In this document: piece after piece, positions 29,858 through 39,353 of the stretch | Layout: each line of letters starts with the position of its first letter | Numbering within the stretch: the stretch's first letter is position 1 | Source of the DNA: Planctomycetota bacterium | GTDB taxonomy: Bacteria > Planctomycetota > UBA8108 > SXIK01 | Assembly (NCBI GenBank): GCA_965223845.1 | Contig: CBDCXR010000004.1 | Span: 7,744,001-7,808,000, forward strand | Direction of reading: 5' to 3' | Length of the DNA stretch: 64,000 nucleotides | Notes under the pieces: generated by a model | The model's input: the letters and a program-made list of their open reading frames with translations, nothing else | Told to the model about the DNA's origin: nothing | Databases searched by the model: none | Made by a program: the position numbers and the translations under genes

Positions 29858-31666
29858 ATGACCGAGCGCGACGACCGAGCGAGCGAGGTCGAGCTCGCGA
29901 TTACGAGCGGACGCCAGCAGGGCGCATCGATCACCCTCGCGCCGGGTCGGCCGGTGACGGTGGGCAGCAACCGTCAATCGGACGTCCATCTGCGTGACGC
30001 GGCGGTGTCGTGGAATCACGCGCGTCTCTGGGTCGAGCGCGGGGAGGTGGTGGTCGAGGACCTCGGTAGCGCGAACGGCACCCTCCTCAACGGCGAGCGC
30101 GTTCCGCGCGGCATCCTCCGGCCCGGTGACACACTCGACATCGGAAGCACCCGCTTCGAGCTTCAGGGCGCGGATACCGCGCCGCCGCTGATCGCCCCGA
30201 CGCCGTCCCTCCTCGATGAGATCGCGCAGCTTCGCACTAGGCTCGAGGAGTCGGAGGGAGCGCGCCGCGATCTCGAAACTCGACTCGCCGCCGCGGGAGA
30301 AGAACGCGACGACGCGGTGCGCCGGGCGGCGTCCTTAGAGAGAAAGACGCAATCCGCGCAGCGAAAGCTCCGCGATGCGACGAAGCGTTCGAGCGAGCTC
30401 GAGAACGAAGTGCGCGATTTGCGCGAGCGTACGTCGGGCGATACGAGCCGCTACGATCTCGAGCGCGAGCGCCGCGCGGAGCTCGAGGAGCGACTCGCGC
30501 GGACCGAGACTGATCTCGAGTCGGAGCGCGTCGCGCGGGCGCAGGCGGACGCCGCACTCGAGGCTTCGCGCGAGCGGGACGTCGAGCTCGCCGTCGCGCG
30601 GAAGGACGTCGAGCGCCTGGCGGCCGAGCTGGAATCGACGGCCGCGCGGGAGGGCGAGTCCGAAGCGCGCCGTGCGGCGCTCGAAGCTCGCCTCGACGAC
30701 GCCCGCGCCGAGCTCCTCGAGCTCACCCGGCGCGACGCCGAGCGCGAGGCTCGTCTCCTCGCGGCCGACGAACGTCGTCGCGATCTCGAGGCGCGTCTCG
30801 CTTCGGAGTCCACGGACCGCGACCTCATCGAGCAGCGCTACGATGAGGCGACCGCGGGGCTCGCCCGGGCCGAGAGTGAGCTCGAAGTGCGCGAGCGCCG
30901 GATCCGCGAGATCGATGCGAAGCTCGGCGACGCCGAGAGCCGTGCTGAAGAATCTTCGAAGCGCGTCTCGGAAGCCGACGCCGAGCTCGCGCGCGCGAGA
31001 GAGCGCACGGAGCGCGACGTCGACGCGGTCCGCGCGGAAATCGCCGCGGCGGAAGAGCGCGCGGCCGAGCTCGAGTGTCAGCTCGAAGTCGCCGCCGCGG
31101 AGTGCGATCGACTTCGAATCGAGCTGGCAGCGGAAAAAAAGACGGCCGATGCCGCGGTCGAGGCGCAGCGCGCGGAGGAGGCGAGGCTCGGGGCTCTAGC
31201 GATCGAGCGCGACGAGCTGCGGACTCTCCTCGAGACGGAGCGATCGAGCGCGGCGGAGCTGGCCGCTCGGCTGGAGCGCGAGCGAGGCGACCGCGCCGCG
31301 ACGCTCGAACGCATCCAGAGCGAACAAGCAGACGATCACCGGCGCATCGCCGCGCTCGACGAAGCGAACGCAGCTCAGCGGGCGAAGATCGAGAAACTCA
31401 GTGCGGATCTCGATGAATCGGTGAGCGAACGCGAGCGACTCGGCGGGGAGCTCGAGACCGCTCGCCTCACCGTCGACGACCTCGAGTCACGCGTCGAGAT
31501 GCTCGAAACTCGCGCGAGAGAACTGACGGACAAGGTTACCGAGAAGAATCGGCGGATCCGCGAGGAGCGCGACGCCGGACGGCAGAGGCTGGGACGCGAA
31601 ACCGCGCGCTTCCTCGGAGAGAAGCGCCGTCTCGAGGCCTTGGTTCGCGAACGAGACAACAGCTAG
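29858..31666 (+). CDS. FHA domain plus long coiled-coil protein
   Basis: VSWNHARL, EDLGSANGTLLNG, LRPGDTLDIG; about 480 aa of E/R/A/L heptads. Confidence 0.88.
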   Translation: MTERDDRASEVELAITSGRQQGASITLAPGRPVTVGSNRQSDVHLRDAAVSWNHARLWVERGEVVVEDLGSANGTLLNGERVPRGILRPGDTLDIGSTRFELQGADTAPPLIAPTPSLLDEIAQLRTRLEESEGARRDLETRLAAAGEERDDAVRRAASLERKTQSAQRKLRDATKRSSELENEVRDLRERTSGDTSRYDLERERRAELEERLARTETDLESERVARAQADAALEASRERDVELAVARKDVERLAAELESTAAREGESEARRAALEARLDDARAELLELTRRDAEREARLLAADERRRDLEARLASESTDRDLIEQRYDEATAGLARAESELEVRERRIREIDAKLGDAESRAEESSKRVSEADAELARARERTERDVDAVRAEIAAAEERAAELECQLEVAAAECDRLRIELAAEKKTADAAVEAQRAEEARLGALAIERDELRTLLETERSSAAELAARLERERGDRAATLERIQSEQADDHRRIAALDEANAAQRAKIEKLSADLDESVSERERLGGELETARLTVDDLESRVEMLETRARELTDKVTEKNRRIREERDAGRQRLGRETARFLGEKRRLEALVRERDNS

Positions 31667-31815
31667 ATCGACGCGGGCGATGGACGCCGTCGAGTGTCCG
31701 GTCCTTCACTATGGAGAATCGAGAGCGGGAGCTCGCGATGGATTCGAAATCGAGTCCCGGCCGCGTGCGAACGTCGCGCTCTCCTGAGTCGCCCCGCTAG
31801 TCCAAAGCACACGAC

Positions 31816-32436
31816 ATGCTCAGAAAATCTCTCTCCCGCGCGTTTGGCGCGTCGACGAAACCGACCCCGGAGCTCCCGCCTGCACCTCACGACCAGGAGC
31901 GAGCGGCGGCGCTCGATCGATTGTTTCGGGAGGTCCACGACGAGATCTCGCGCGAAGTGCAAAGGAGAAGCGCTGCGGCGTCGATCTCTCGCGAGTTCGC
32001 CCTTGAGGGCGCGCGCGCCGACCTCGCCGACGAGTCCCGCGGCGATCTCGAGGTCTCTCCGATCCGCGCGCTCACGACCGGCGTCGTCTTTTCGCTCCGC
32101 GGTCCGGCGCGAACCTGCCGATTTCGCGACTCGGTCGGCGGGTGGATTCACGTCACCGCGTTCACGACGCCGGAGGACGCGATCTCCGGCGAGGAGGGAT
32201 CGAGTCGCGATGACGAAGAGCTCGAGCGGACGCGACCGCTCAGTGAGGAGCTGATTTCCGTTCATCCGTACTGGGGTACCTACCGGCCGATCCTGAAACC
32301 AATTGGAGCGAGCTTGCAGGAGGCGGAGTTCGAGTCGACTCTCGGGGCGCACCGCCGCCGAACGGCGTTTTGCTACACGTCGGCGGTCGAGCTCGCTGCG
32401 CACTACATCGATCGCGCCCTCGGCTCGACCGGCTGA
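31816..32436 (+). CDS. Hypothetical protein
   Basis: ATG-started ORF with host-like codon usage filling the gap between genes. Confidence 0.55.
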   Translation: MLRKSLSRAFGASTKPTPELPPAPHDQERAAALDRLFREVHDEISREVQRRSAAASISREFALEGARADLADESRGDLEVSPIRALTTGVVFSLRGPARTCRFRDSVGGWIHVTAFTTPEDAISGEEGSSRDDEELERTRPLSEELISVHPYWGTYRPILKPIGASLQEAEFESTLGAHRRRTAFCYTSAVELAAHYIDRALGSTG

Positions 32437-32490
32437 ACCGCGATTCCGGGATCAGATCCTCGGCTGGCGCGGGACACGGAATCGCCGGGC

Positions 32491-35349
32491 TCAGCACGCA
32501 GGATACGCCTCGCAGCCGAGATCCGCCGCCGATCCTTCCGGGTCCGGGTCGGCGCCGCAGGGGAGATGCGGCGGACCGGGATGCGCGGGTGCGTCGCCGT
32601 CCGCGAAGAGATACTGGAGCAGCCCCACTGGGTCATCGAGAGCGATCCTCCCGTCGTTGTTGTGATCGGCTGTTTCGCGGCAAGCCGGTACGTCGCCGTC
32701 GGCGAACAGCCACAGCAAGACTCGAATCGCGTCCGTGATGGCCAGTCGACCGTCCGCGTCCGCGTCTCCGCGGTGGAAAGAGCCCGGTTCGCACGAATCG
32801 AGGATTCCGTTTCGATTGATGTCGACCTCGCGGGCCGGCTCCGTCCGGTTCATGAACTGGTAAAGCGTCGAGCCGAATCCGAGGAAGGCGATGTCGGCCG
32901 CGTCGCACAAGAGGCAAATCGGCTGTGCCCCGACGACGAGATCGAGGCGACCGTCGGCGTCGATGTCCCCCGCGGCGATTCCCGCCGGCTCATCCTCCGA
33001 GCCGAACGTGGTCGCGCGTCGCGGAACGAAACGACCTCCGCCATCGTTCGCGTACGCGCGGAGGACCGCGGTGGACGAATCCCACTTGAATTCCGCCGCG
33101 AGAATATCGTCGTCACCGTCGGCGTCGTAGTCGACCGCGAGAAGCGGACCGTAGCTGATCGGAGGCGTACTCCCGAGCACCGCTAATCGCCCGTCCGCGA
33201 TTCCGATGATCGTCGCCGCGGCAGACGCCCGACGCGCGAGGATCTCCGATCCGATTCCGCGGTGGAAATTGCCGACGACCAGCTCGTCGCTCGACGCATC
33301 GAGGTCGATCCGGCCCAGGCCGGCGGAGAAACTTCCCGCTCCATCGCCCGCGAACCAGCGAACAACGCGCCGGTTCGGCGCGAGCACCATGTCGAGTGCG
33401 CCGTCACCGTTCACGTCGGCGAGCACGAGCTCCGAGAAGGGCTCGCGGTGGGAGAACTCCGTCGTCACAAGCTTCTCGCCGTCGCTCAAGTCGACCCGGA
33501 CCGTCGTCGGATCCGCGACGCGCAGAAAGTCGAGATCGCCGTCACCGTCTAGGTCACCGCTCGCGATGAATCGCCCCTCTTCCTCGCCTGTCATCGTGAG
33601 AACGGTTTCGAAGAGTCCGCCTTCATTGAGGACGACCTCGACCACGGAGGGCCCGCGCAGCGAGCGAACGATTACGTCGAGGTCTCGATCGCCGTCGAAG
33701 TCTTCGAGTGTCGCGAGACTGCTCGAAGCCGACACCGTGAGCGAGAACTCGTCCGCGAACTCGAGGCCTTCGCCGTCGCTTCGCCACGTGTGTACACGAC
33801 GCTCCGTTTCCGTGATCACAGCTACGAAATCGTCCCGTCCGTCTCCGTCGAGATCGTCGAAGGCAGCGACCTCCGCGAAGACGAGCTCCCCGCCGACGGC
33901 GAAGCGCGTGGGTGGGCCGAGAGTGGGCGCCACCGCCTGATCGCACGGATCGGGAACTCCGTTCTCGTTGCAGTCATCGAGCGTGCCGTCAGCGATCTCG
34001 CACGCGTCGGGGATGCCACTTGCGTCGCAGTCGACGTCGCACTCGTCCGGTACGCCGTTGCCGTCGCAGTCGAGACTCGTCTCCGCGGCGAGATCGCACT
34101 CGTCGGGGACGCCGTTTTGATTGCAGTCGTTGTCCGCGAGCTCGCATTCGTCCGGGATCCCCGTTCGGTTGCAGTCGGGGCTGAGCGCCTGTCGCCCCCG
34201 GGTGAGCTCGAGGATTTCACCGCCGCCCCGAAACGCGAGCCAGCGCGTTCGTTCACCGGCCGCGACCGGAATCTTCGCGACGCTATCCGCTCCGTCGATC
34301 GGTCGGTGCTCGACCGGAGTCGCGAACGTGCCGTCGCCTCGATTCCAAAACGAAACGAGCGGCCGCCGGCGTCCGCCTGGAACGAGGACGTCGACATCGC
34401 CGTCCTCGTCGGCGTCCCCAGCGACGATGCGTGTGACTCCCGTGGCCGCTGGACTGACAACGCGTTCGAGAAACGTTCCGTCGCCTGAGTTGCGGAGTAC
34501 CGCCACCTGGCTGCCAGTCGACACGGCGAGATCTGGATGACCGTCCCCGTCGAAATCGCTCGCGACGATCTGCGTTGCGGGCCCGGAGAAGTAGTTCACC
34601 GGCTCCGCGAATCGAGTCTCGCCTTCGTTCAGAAGGACGCTCACCGACTGGAACGCGTTTCCCGTCGCGATGTCGAGTTCCTCGTCAGCATTGAGGTCGA
34701 CGACCACGAGGTCGACCGGGCGCGCCCCGATCACGATCGACTCGGACGAAAACTCACCCCCACCTTCGTTGTAGTAGAACACGAGCCGCGAGTCGTCGCT
34801 GGCGACGGCGAAGTCGACCGCTTCGTCGCCGTTAAACTCTCCCGCTGCGATCGCGAGGACGACGGTCTCCGCGAGCACGGTCTCGACCCACTCGCGACGG
34901 CGGACAGAACGAAAGAGAGAGATCCCCTCGCCCGCGGCCACGAGATCGACACGATCGTCGCCGTCGAAATCCGCTACCGCAACGTCACGCGGAGCCGTCT
35001 GAGCGGGGACCCAGCCGATCTCGTACTCGCGCTCGGACGCCCAGGCGAACTGAAGGAGCGCATCGCCGCAGGTCGAGGCGATATCTGGGCGCCCGTCCGC
35101 GTCGAGATCCGCGACGACCAGGCGTCCGAGACACGAGAGCTCGCCGACGACGCGTCCGGAGAATTCGAGGTTCGCCTCGCGGATGTCGCAGTCGTCCGGA
35201 ACGGAATTCTCGTTGCAGTCGAGGCTCACGCCACTCGCGATGTCGCGAACGTCGTCGACGCCATTGTCGTTGCAGTCGAACGCCGACGCGTTTCGCGCGA
35301 GGATTCCGGCGAGGACGACCGCGACGATCGGCCGGAAAAGCGCGTGCAT
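32491..35349 (-). CDS. Secreted FG-GAP/VCBS-repeat protein with DCNxNGxPDxC repeats and C-terminal dockerin-like domain
   Basis: ATG 35349 after GGAGG; many DxDGDGxxD motifs; FHRGDADADGRLAITD...DHNNDGRIALDD. Confidence 0.85.
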   Translation of the reverse strand: MHALFRPIVAVVLAGILARNASAFDCNDNGVDDVRDIASGVSLDCNENSVPDDCDIREANLEFSGRVVGELSCLGRLVVADLDADGRPDIASTCGDALLQFAWASEREYEIGWVPAQTAPRDVAVADFDGDDRVDLVAAGEGISLFRSVRRREWVETVLAETVVLAIAAGEFNGDEAVDFAVASDDSRLVFYYNEGGGEFSSESIVIGARPVDLVVVDLNADEELDIATGNAFQSVSVLLNEGETRFAEPVNYFSGPATQIVASDFDGDGHPDLAVSTGSQVAVLRNSGDGTFLERVVSPAATGVTRIVAGDADEDGDVDVLVPGGRRRPLVSFWNRGDGTFATPVEHRPIDGADSVAKIPVAAGERTRWLAFRGGGEILELTRGRQALSPDCNRTGIPDECELADNDCNQNGVPDECDLAAETSLDCDGNGVPDECDVDCDASGIPDACEIADGTLDDCNENGVPDPCDQAVAPTLGPPTRFAVGGELVFAEVAAFDDLDGDGRDDFVAVITETERRVHTWRSDGEGLEFADEFSLTVSASSSLATLEDFDGDRDLDVIVRSLRGPSVVEVVLNEGGLFETVLTMTGEEEGRFIASGDLDGDGDLDFLRVADPTTVRVDLSDGEKLVTTEFSHREPFSELVLADVNGDGALDMVLAPNRRVVRWFAGDGAGSFSAGLGRIDLDASSDELVVGNFHRGIGSEILARRASAAATIIGIADGRLAVLGSTPPISYGPLLAVDYDADGDDDILAAEFKWDSSTAVLRAYANDGGGRFVPRRATTFGSEDEPAGIAAGDIDADGRLDLVVGAQPICLLCDAADIAFLGFGSTLYQFMNRTEPAREVDINRNGILDSCEPGSFHRGDADADGRLAITDAIRVLLWLFADGDVPACRETADHNNDGRIALDDPVGLLQYLFADGDAPAHPGPPHLPCGADPDPEGSAADLGCEAYPAC

Positions 35350-35507
35350 GGAATCCCTCCCTGACGCTAGTTCCCCTCTATCGTAAAAGGGGCATCGAGA
35401 ACGACAAAGAACCGGCGAATCCGGCGTCTTCAGTCTGCCGGCGCGTCTGCTCGGTCGAACCGGCGAATCGAGAACGAAAATGGGAGCGCGGTCGTCTTCC
35501 TTCGTCG

Positions 35508-35536
35508 TTGACACCCGCCGGTGGGCACCCTACGAT
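35508..35536 (+). promoter_or_regulatory. Near-consensus sigma70 promoter facing the CIS-like operon
   Basis: TTGACA (35508-35513), N17, TACGAT (35531-35536). Confidence 0.65.
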
Positions 35537-35923
35537 CCCTCTGCCTTTTTCGAGCATTCCTTCGGTTACGTGCGGTTCCCGTCGCCCACGAACCGGGTGA
35601 CTGCGTCGAGCTGGGCCGCGGCGCGACCGGCGCTGCGCGGGTAGAACAGCGGGGCGAGCCGGGTAGAAACGACGGCGGGGATGCGTCGCGTGCGAGGAAG
35701 GGTCTGACCTCCGCGCGATGCGCAGCCGAATCGCGGGCGCGAGGGCGCACGGGCGTGCGAAGACCGGTGCCGCGGAGCGAGGTTCTGCCTCGTCGACGCG
35801 GCGATGTCGTGACGGTCTCGGCCTCGACTTGGCGTTCAACCGCGACTCACGGTCGGCGCGGACGAGGCGAATCGTCTTTCCGCGAACCCGTCTCGCTCGG
35901 CGACCGCCGAGTCGAGCTCCGTC

Positions 35924-36541
35924 GTGAAGAGAGGAGAAGCAAAGGTGGCCACCCGCGTCCTCTACGAAGTGAGCCGCAGCCTTTGTACGGTGATCGAGAA
36001 CGGCCTGCGGGAGCGCGTCGGGCGGCCCGTTCCGGTTCTGTTTTCTCACCCGCTCGACCCCGCCGAAGACGAGTCTCTGCAAGGCCTCTTCGGAGTTCTC
36101 TACCTGACGAGCGTCGTTCCCGACCCGCACTTTCGTCAGGCGGGATTCGACGCCGCGGCGCCGCGCCCCGCCGGATTCGACGAGCAACTCCGCCGCGCGC
36201 CGCTCTGGGTGCGTGCGCGGTTCGTCTTTCTCCTCGCCGGAGGGGACATCGAAGAGCAGCTCGTCGCGCTCGGCGGCGCGCTGCAGACGCTCTACGATCA
36301 TCCGACCGGACGCCTTTCCGCCGCCGACCTCGAACCCGACTCGGCCCTCCGTCGCTCGGAGGCGGAGAGCGAGGAGTACATCCTCCGGCTTCTCGACCGC
36401 GGCGATGGCTGGTCGGAGCTCGGCCTGCCGGAACACCGCTTGTCGATCAGCTTCGAGGTGACGTGCGCGATCCGCTCGACGCACGTCGAGCTCGTCGCGC
36501 GCACCGAAGAGCGCTCCGTCGACTTCGAGGTCGAGCCGTGA
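35924..36541 (+). CDS. Pvc16/Afp16 (DUF4255) CIS cap/terminator-like protein; alternative start GTG 35945
   Basis: VLYLTSVVPDPHFRQ, APLWVRARFVF, LGGALQTLYDHP, WSELG..RLSISFEV; first gene of the tail cluster. Confidence 0.8.
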   Translation: MKRGEAKVATRVLYEVSRSLCTVIENGLRERVGRPVPVLFSHPLDPAEDESLQGLFGVLYLTSVVPDPHFRQAGFDAAAPRPAGFDEQLRRAPLWVRARFVFLLAGGDIEEQLVALGGALQTLYDHPTGRLSAADLEPDSALRRSEAESEEYILRLLDRGDGWSELGLPEHRLSISFEVTCAIRSTHVELVARTEERSVDFEVEP

Positions 36542-38004
36542 TCGCGCTCCGCACGGTATCGCGCCCCGACGACTCCGCCCCGCTCGCCGGTCCGCCGCTC
36601 TCGATCGAGCGTCTTCGTCACAACGCGATGCGAGCGCCGGATGTGATGTGGCGCGGAGTCGGTCTCACGGCCTTCGTCGGCTCGTTCTCGGCCGATGGGA
36701 ATCGACTCGCGGGAGCGAATCGGGCGGAGCCCGTTCTTCTCACCGCTCCCGAAGCGATCGAGCGCGAGTCGTCGAGCGAGAGCGGTTCGCGCGGCTTCGC
36801 GAGCGAAGCACTCGCCGCGTACCTCTCGAGTGGGAGGACGGCGGTCGCGCTCGATGAGAATCGCGAAGCGTTCTCGCGTACGAATGCCGACTACGACGCC
36901 CCGCGCGCATCCGATTGGATCGGCGACGATGCCGGTCCGGGCCGCCGCACGGGCGTGTTTCAGCTCGTCGACCTTCAAGACGTGTCGACGATCGCGCTCG
37001 TCGGGTCCTCGTCGCCCGCGCGTCGCGAGCGCCTCCTTCGGCTCGCGGCCGAGCGGCGCGATAAGTACTTTGTCTTCATCGAGCCGCCGGAGGCCTCGGA
37101 CGGTCGCGCGCCCGAGCTCATCATCGATCGCGCGAACACCGCGACTCTTCGCGTTGCCGGTGGCGCCGGCGAGATCGCGGGGCAATTCCTCGCGCGCGTC
37201 GAGTCGACCGACCTCGATTCCGCCGCAGTCAGCGGCGATGGCGCCGTGCGCCGGTACGCGGAGGAGTCCTTTCTCGTTCGGGGGATCCCTTGGGCGTCCG
37301 TGACGGCGATCCGAGCCTGGCGGAGGATCGAAGGGCTGCGCCGCTCGATCGAGCTCGGCACGCGCTGGGTGGTTCTCGAGCCGCACCACCCGCTCGTCTG
37401 GCGCCGCGTCGAGCGCCAGGTGCGTGCGTTTCTCTTTCGCATGGCGGAGTGCGGCGTCGTCCGGGAGCCGCGGCGCCGCGGCGGATTCGCCGTCGCCTGC
37501 CGTCCCCGCATCGAGGGTTCCGTCGCGGCCGTCGATGTTTCGGTCCGAGTCGAGCTACCGCCGCCCTTCGACATCGATCTCGACGGGATCGCTCCCGTTC
37601 CGACTCGCGCGCCGAAGGCCGCGCCGGACGAGAGTGCGATCGAATCGAATCACCGCGTGGCGTCTCCCGCGGCGGCTCCTCGCGAGGAGAGTGAATCGTC
37701 GAGTGCGAGTGCAGATCTGCCGACCGATCCGAGTCGACGAGATCGTGGAGACGATCCCGGCGGGATCGATCGGCCGGAATTCGAACGCCACGGAGACGAC
37801 CGAACGGATCGCAACTCGCCGAAGGACCAGACCGGCTCGCCGAAGGACCAGACCGGCTCGCCGAAGGACCAGAACGGGGAAGACGGGCCCGCGGAGTCCG
37901 ACACGCCGGATTCCACGCGCCGCGAACCGCGAGATCGTCCGCGCCGGAGTCGATCCCGCAACTCTCAAAAACGAGACCAGAAGACCGGAAAGGAGAAGAG
38001 ATGA
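36538..38004 (+). CDS. Divergent contractile tail sheath-like protein with disordered C-terminal tail
   Basis: GTGA overlap; LTAFVG, RRTGVFQL, RRSIELGTRWVVLEPHHPLVWRRVERQVRAFL (sheath C-terminal signature). Confidence 0.75.
   Translation: MIALRTVSRPDDSAPLAGPPLSIERLRHNAMRAPDVMWRGVGLTAFVGSFSADGNRLAGANRAEPVLLTAPEAIERESSSESGSRGFASEALAAYLSSGRTAVALDENREAFSRTNADYDAPRASDWIGDDAGPGRRTGVFQLVDLQDVSTIALVGSSSPARRERLLRLAAERRDKYFVFIEPPEASDGRAPELIIDRANTATLRVAGGAGEIAGQFLARVESTDLDSAAVSGDGAVRRYAEESFLVRGIPWASVTAIRAWRRIEGLRRSIELGTRWVVLEPHHPLVWRRVERQVRAFLFRMAECGVVREPRRRGGFAVACRPRIEGSVAAVDVSVRVELPPPFDIDLDGIAPVPTRAPKAAPDESAIESNHRVASPAAAPREESESSSASADLPTDPSRRDRGDDPGGIDRPEFERHGDDRTDRNSPKDQTGSPKDQTGSPKDQNGEDGPAESDTPDSTRREPRDRPRRSRSRNSQKRDQKTGKEKR
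37815..37877 (+). repeat. 21-bp tandem repeat x3 (CTCGCCGAAGGACCAGACCGG)
   Basis: Directly visible; encodes SPKDQTG-SPKDQTG-SPKDQNG. Confidence 0.9.
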
Positions 38005-38498
38005 ACCGGAGCGTGCCCTTTGTCGGAAACTTCAACTTCCTCGTCGAGATCGAGGACATCGAAGGCGACGCGACCTCGGTCGTCGGCGGCTTTTCCGAAG
38101 TGAGCGGACTCGTATCCGAATCGGAGATCGTCGAGTTTCAAGTCGGGAATCGGCCGACGACCTACAAGATCCCCGGACGCACCCGCTTCGGAAACGTCGT
38201 TCTCCGAAAGGGCTGCACCGTTTCGACGGATCTCTACGACTGGCGTCGACGAGTCGAGCGCGGCGAGGACGACCGTCGCTCCGGCTCGGTCATCCTCCTC
38301 GACGGCGAGCTCCGCGAGCGCGCGCGCTGGAATTTTTACGACGCGTGGCCCTGCCGCTACGAAGCTCCCGAGCTCAGTGCGACGGATACGGCGATCAGCG
38401 TCGAGACGCTCGAGCTCTGCGTCGAGCGAATCGAACGCGTCGAGCTCCCACGAGAGGAAGTCGATGCGCCGACGGAGGCCGGAGCGGCGCAGAGCTGA
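38001..38498 (+). CDS. T4 gp19-like tail tube protein (Afp1-like)
   Basis: FNFLVEI, GFSEVSGL, KIPGRTRFGNVVLRKG, RRSGSVILLD, WNFYDAWP, VETLEL. Confidence 0.93.
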   Translation: MNRSVPFVGNFNFLVEIEDIEGDATSVVGGFSEVSGLVSESEIVEFQVGNRPTTYKIPGRTRFGNVVLRKGCTVSTDLYDWRRRVERGEDDRRSGSVILLDGELRERARWNFYDAWPCRYEAPELSATDTAISVETLELCVERIERVELPREEVDAPTEAGAAQS

Positions 38499-38559
38499 GC
38501 GCGCCGACTCGACGCACGGCAGACGACTCGCCGCTTCCGCGGGAAGGATACAGCGAACC

Positions 38560-38946
38560 ATGGCGCGAACGACCGAGCTCGAACCAGGAACCGGAGCCGC
38601 CGGAGACTATTCCGTCGCATTCGAGCTGAGCGATGGCCTGCGCGACGCGCGCGGTCACCATCGCGCGGGGCGGATGCGACCGGCGCGTGTCGGCGACGAG
38701 CTCCGCGGCCTCCGCGACTTTCGCGTGTATCTCCGTCCCGACGCGTTTCTGCGAGTCATGCTCGCCCGTACGGTCTCCCCGTTCGGCGAGCACGCGCGGC
38801 TCGATGCGGGGATGATCGATCGGCTGAGCGAGCGCGATCGCCGGCAGCTCGAGGCGCTCTACGCCGAGCTGAACGGCTACGACGATCGCGGGGGCGATGG
38901 TGGAGTCACCGACGACGGGTCGCGTGGGGACGGTACCGTGCCATGA
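38560..38946 (+). CDS. CIS tail assembly chaperone-like protein
   Basis: FELSDGLRDARGHHRAGRMRPA..DE..LRDFRV...LARTV...LYAELN; lies between the two tube genes. Confidence 0.75.
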   Translation: MARTTELEPGTGAAGDYSVAFELSDGLRDARGHHRAGRMRPARVGDELRGLRDFRVYLRPDAFLRVMLARTVSPFGEHARLDAGMIDRLSERDRRQLEALYAELNGYDDRGGDGGVTDDGSRGDGTVP

Positions 38947-39353
38947 GAGACCAGCTTCTCCGGAGCGATCGGTTCCATCTCGAGATCGACGGCTACGCGA
39001 CGGCGAGCTTCCTTCGCTGTTCGGGGCTCGGCGCCGAGCGTGAGGTCTTCGTCTACCGAGAGGGCGGCGCGGACATCGCGAGCATTCTCCCGGGATCCGT
39101 ACGGCCTTCGACTCTCGCGTTCGAAGTCGGCCTGACTCGCGGCGGCGAGCTCTTCTCGTGGTTCGAGCGAGGGGATCGCCGCGACGGCGCCGTCGTGCTC
39201 GAGTCGAGCGCGGGGGAGGAGCAGATGCGATGGGAGTTCGAGCGCGGCGTGCCGATTCGATGGCTCGGACCGCAGCTGGACGCGGGTTCGGCGGCGGTCG
39301 CGATCGAACGGATCGAGCTCGCACACGAGGGCCTCCGATGTCGAGTCGGCTGA
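38943..39353 (+). CDS. Second gp19-like tail tube protein (Afp5-like)
   Basis: RFHLEIDG, FLRCSGL, YREGG, RRDGAVVL, WEFERGVPIRWLGPQLDA, IERIELAHEG. Confidence 0.9.
   Translation: MRDQLLRSDRFHLEIDGYATASFLRCSGLGAEREVFVYREGGADIASILPGSVRPSTLAFEVGLTRGGELFSWFERGDRRDGAVVLESSAGEEQMRWEFERGVPIRWLGPQLDAGSAAVAIERIELAHEGLRCRVG

Noticed and set aside
35521-36537. N-terminal 339 aa of the 827-aa ORF as part of the sheath
   Set aside because: Overlaps the DUF4255 gene in another frame; the true start is the coupled GTG at 36538
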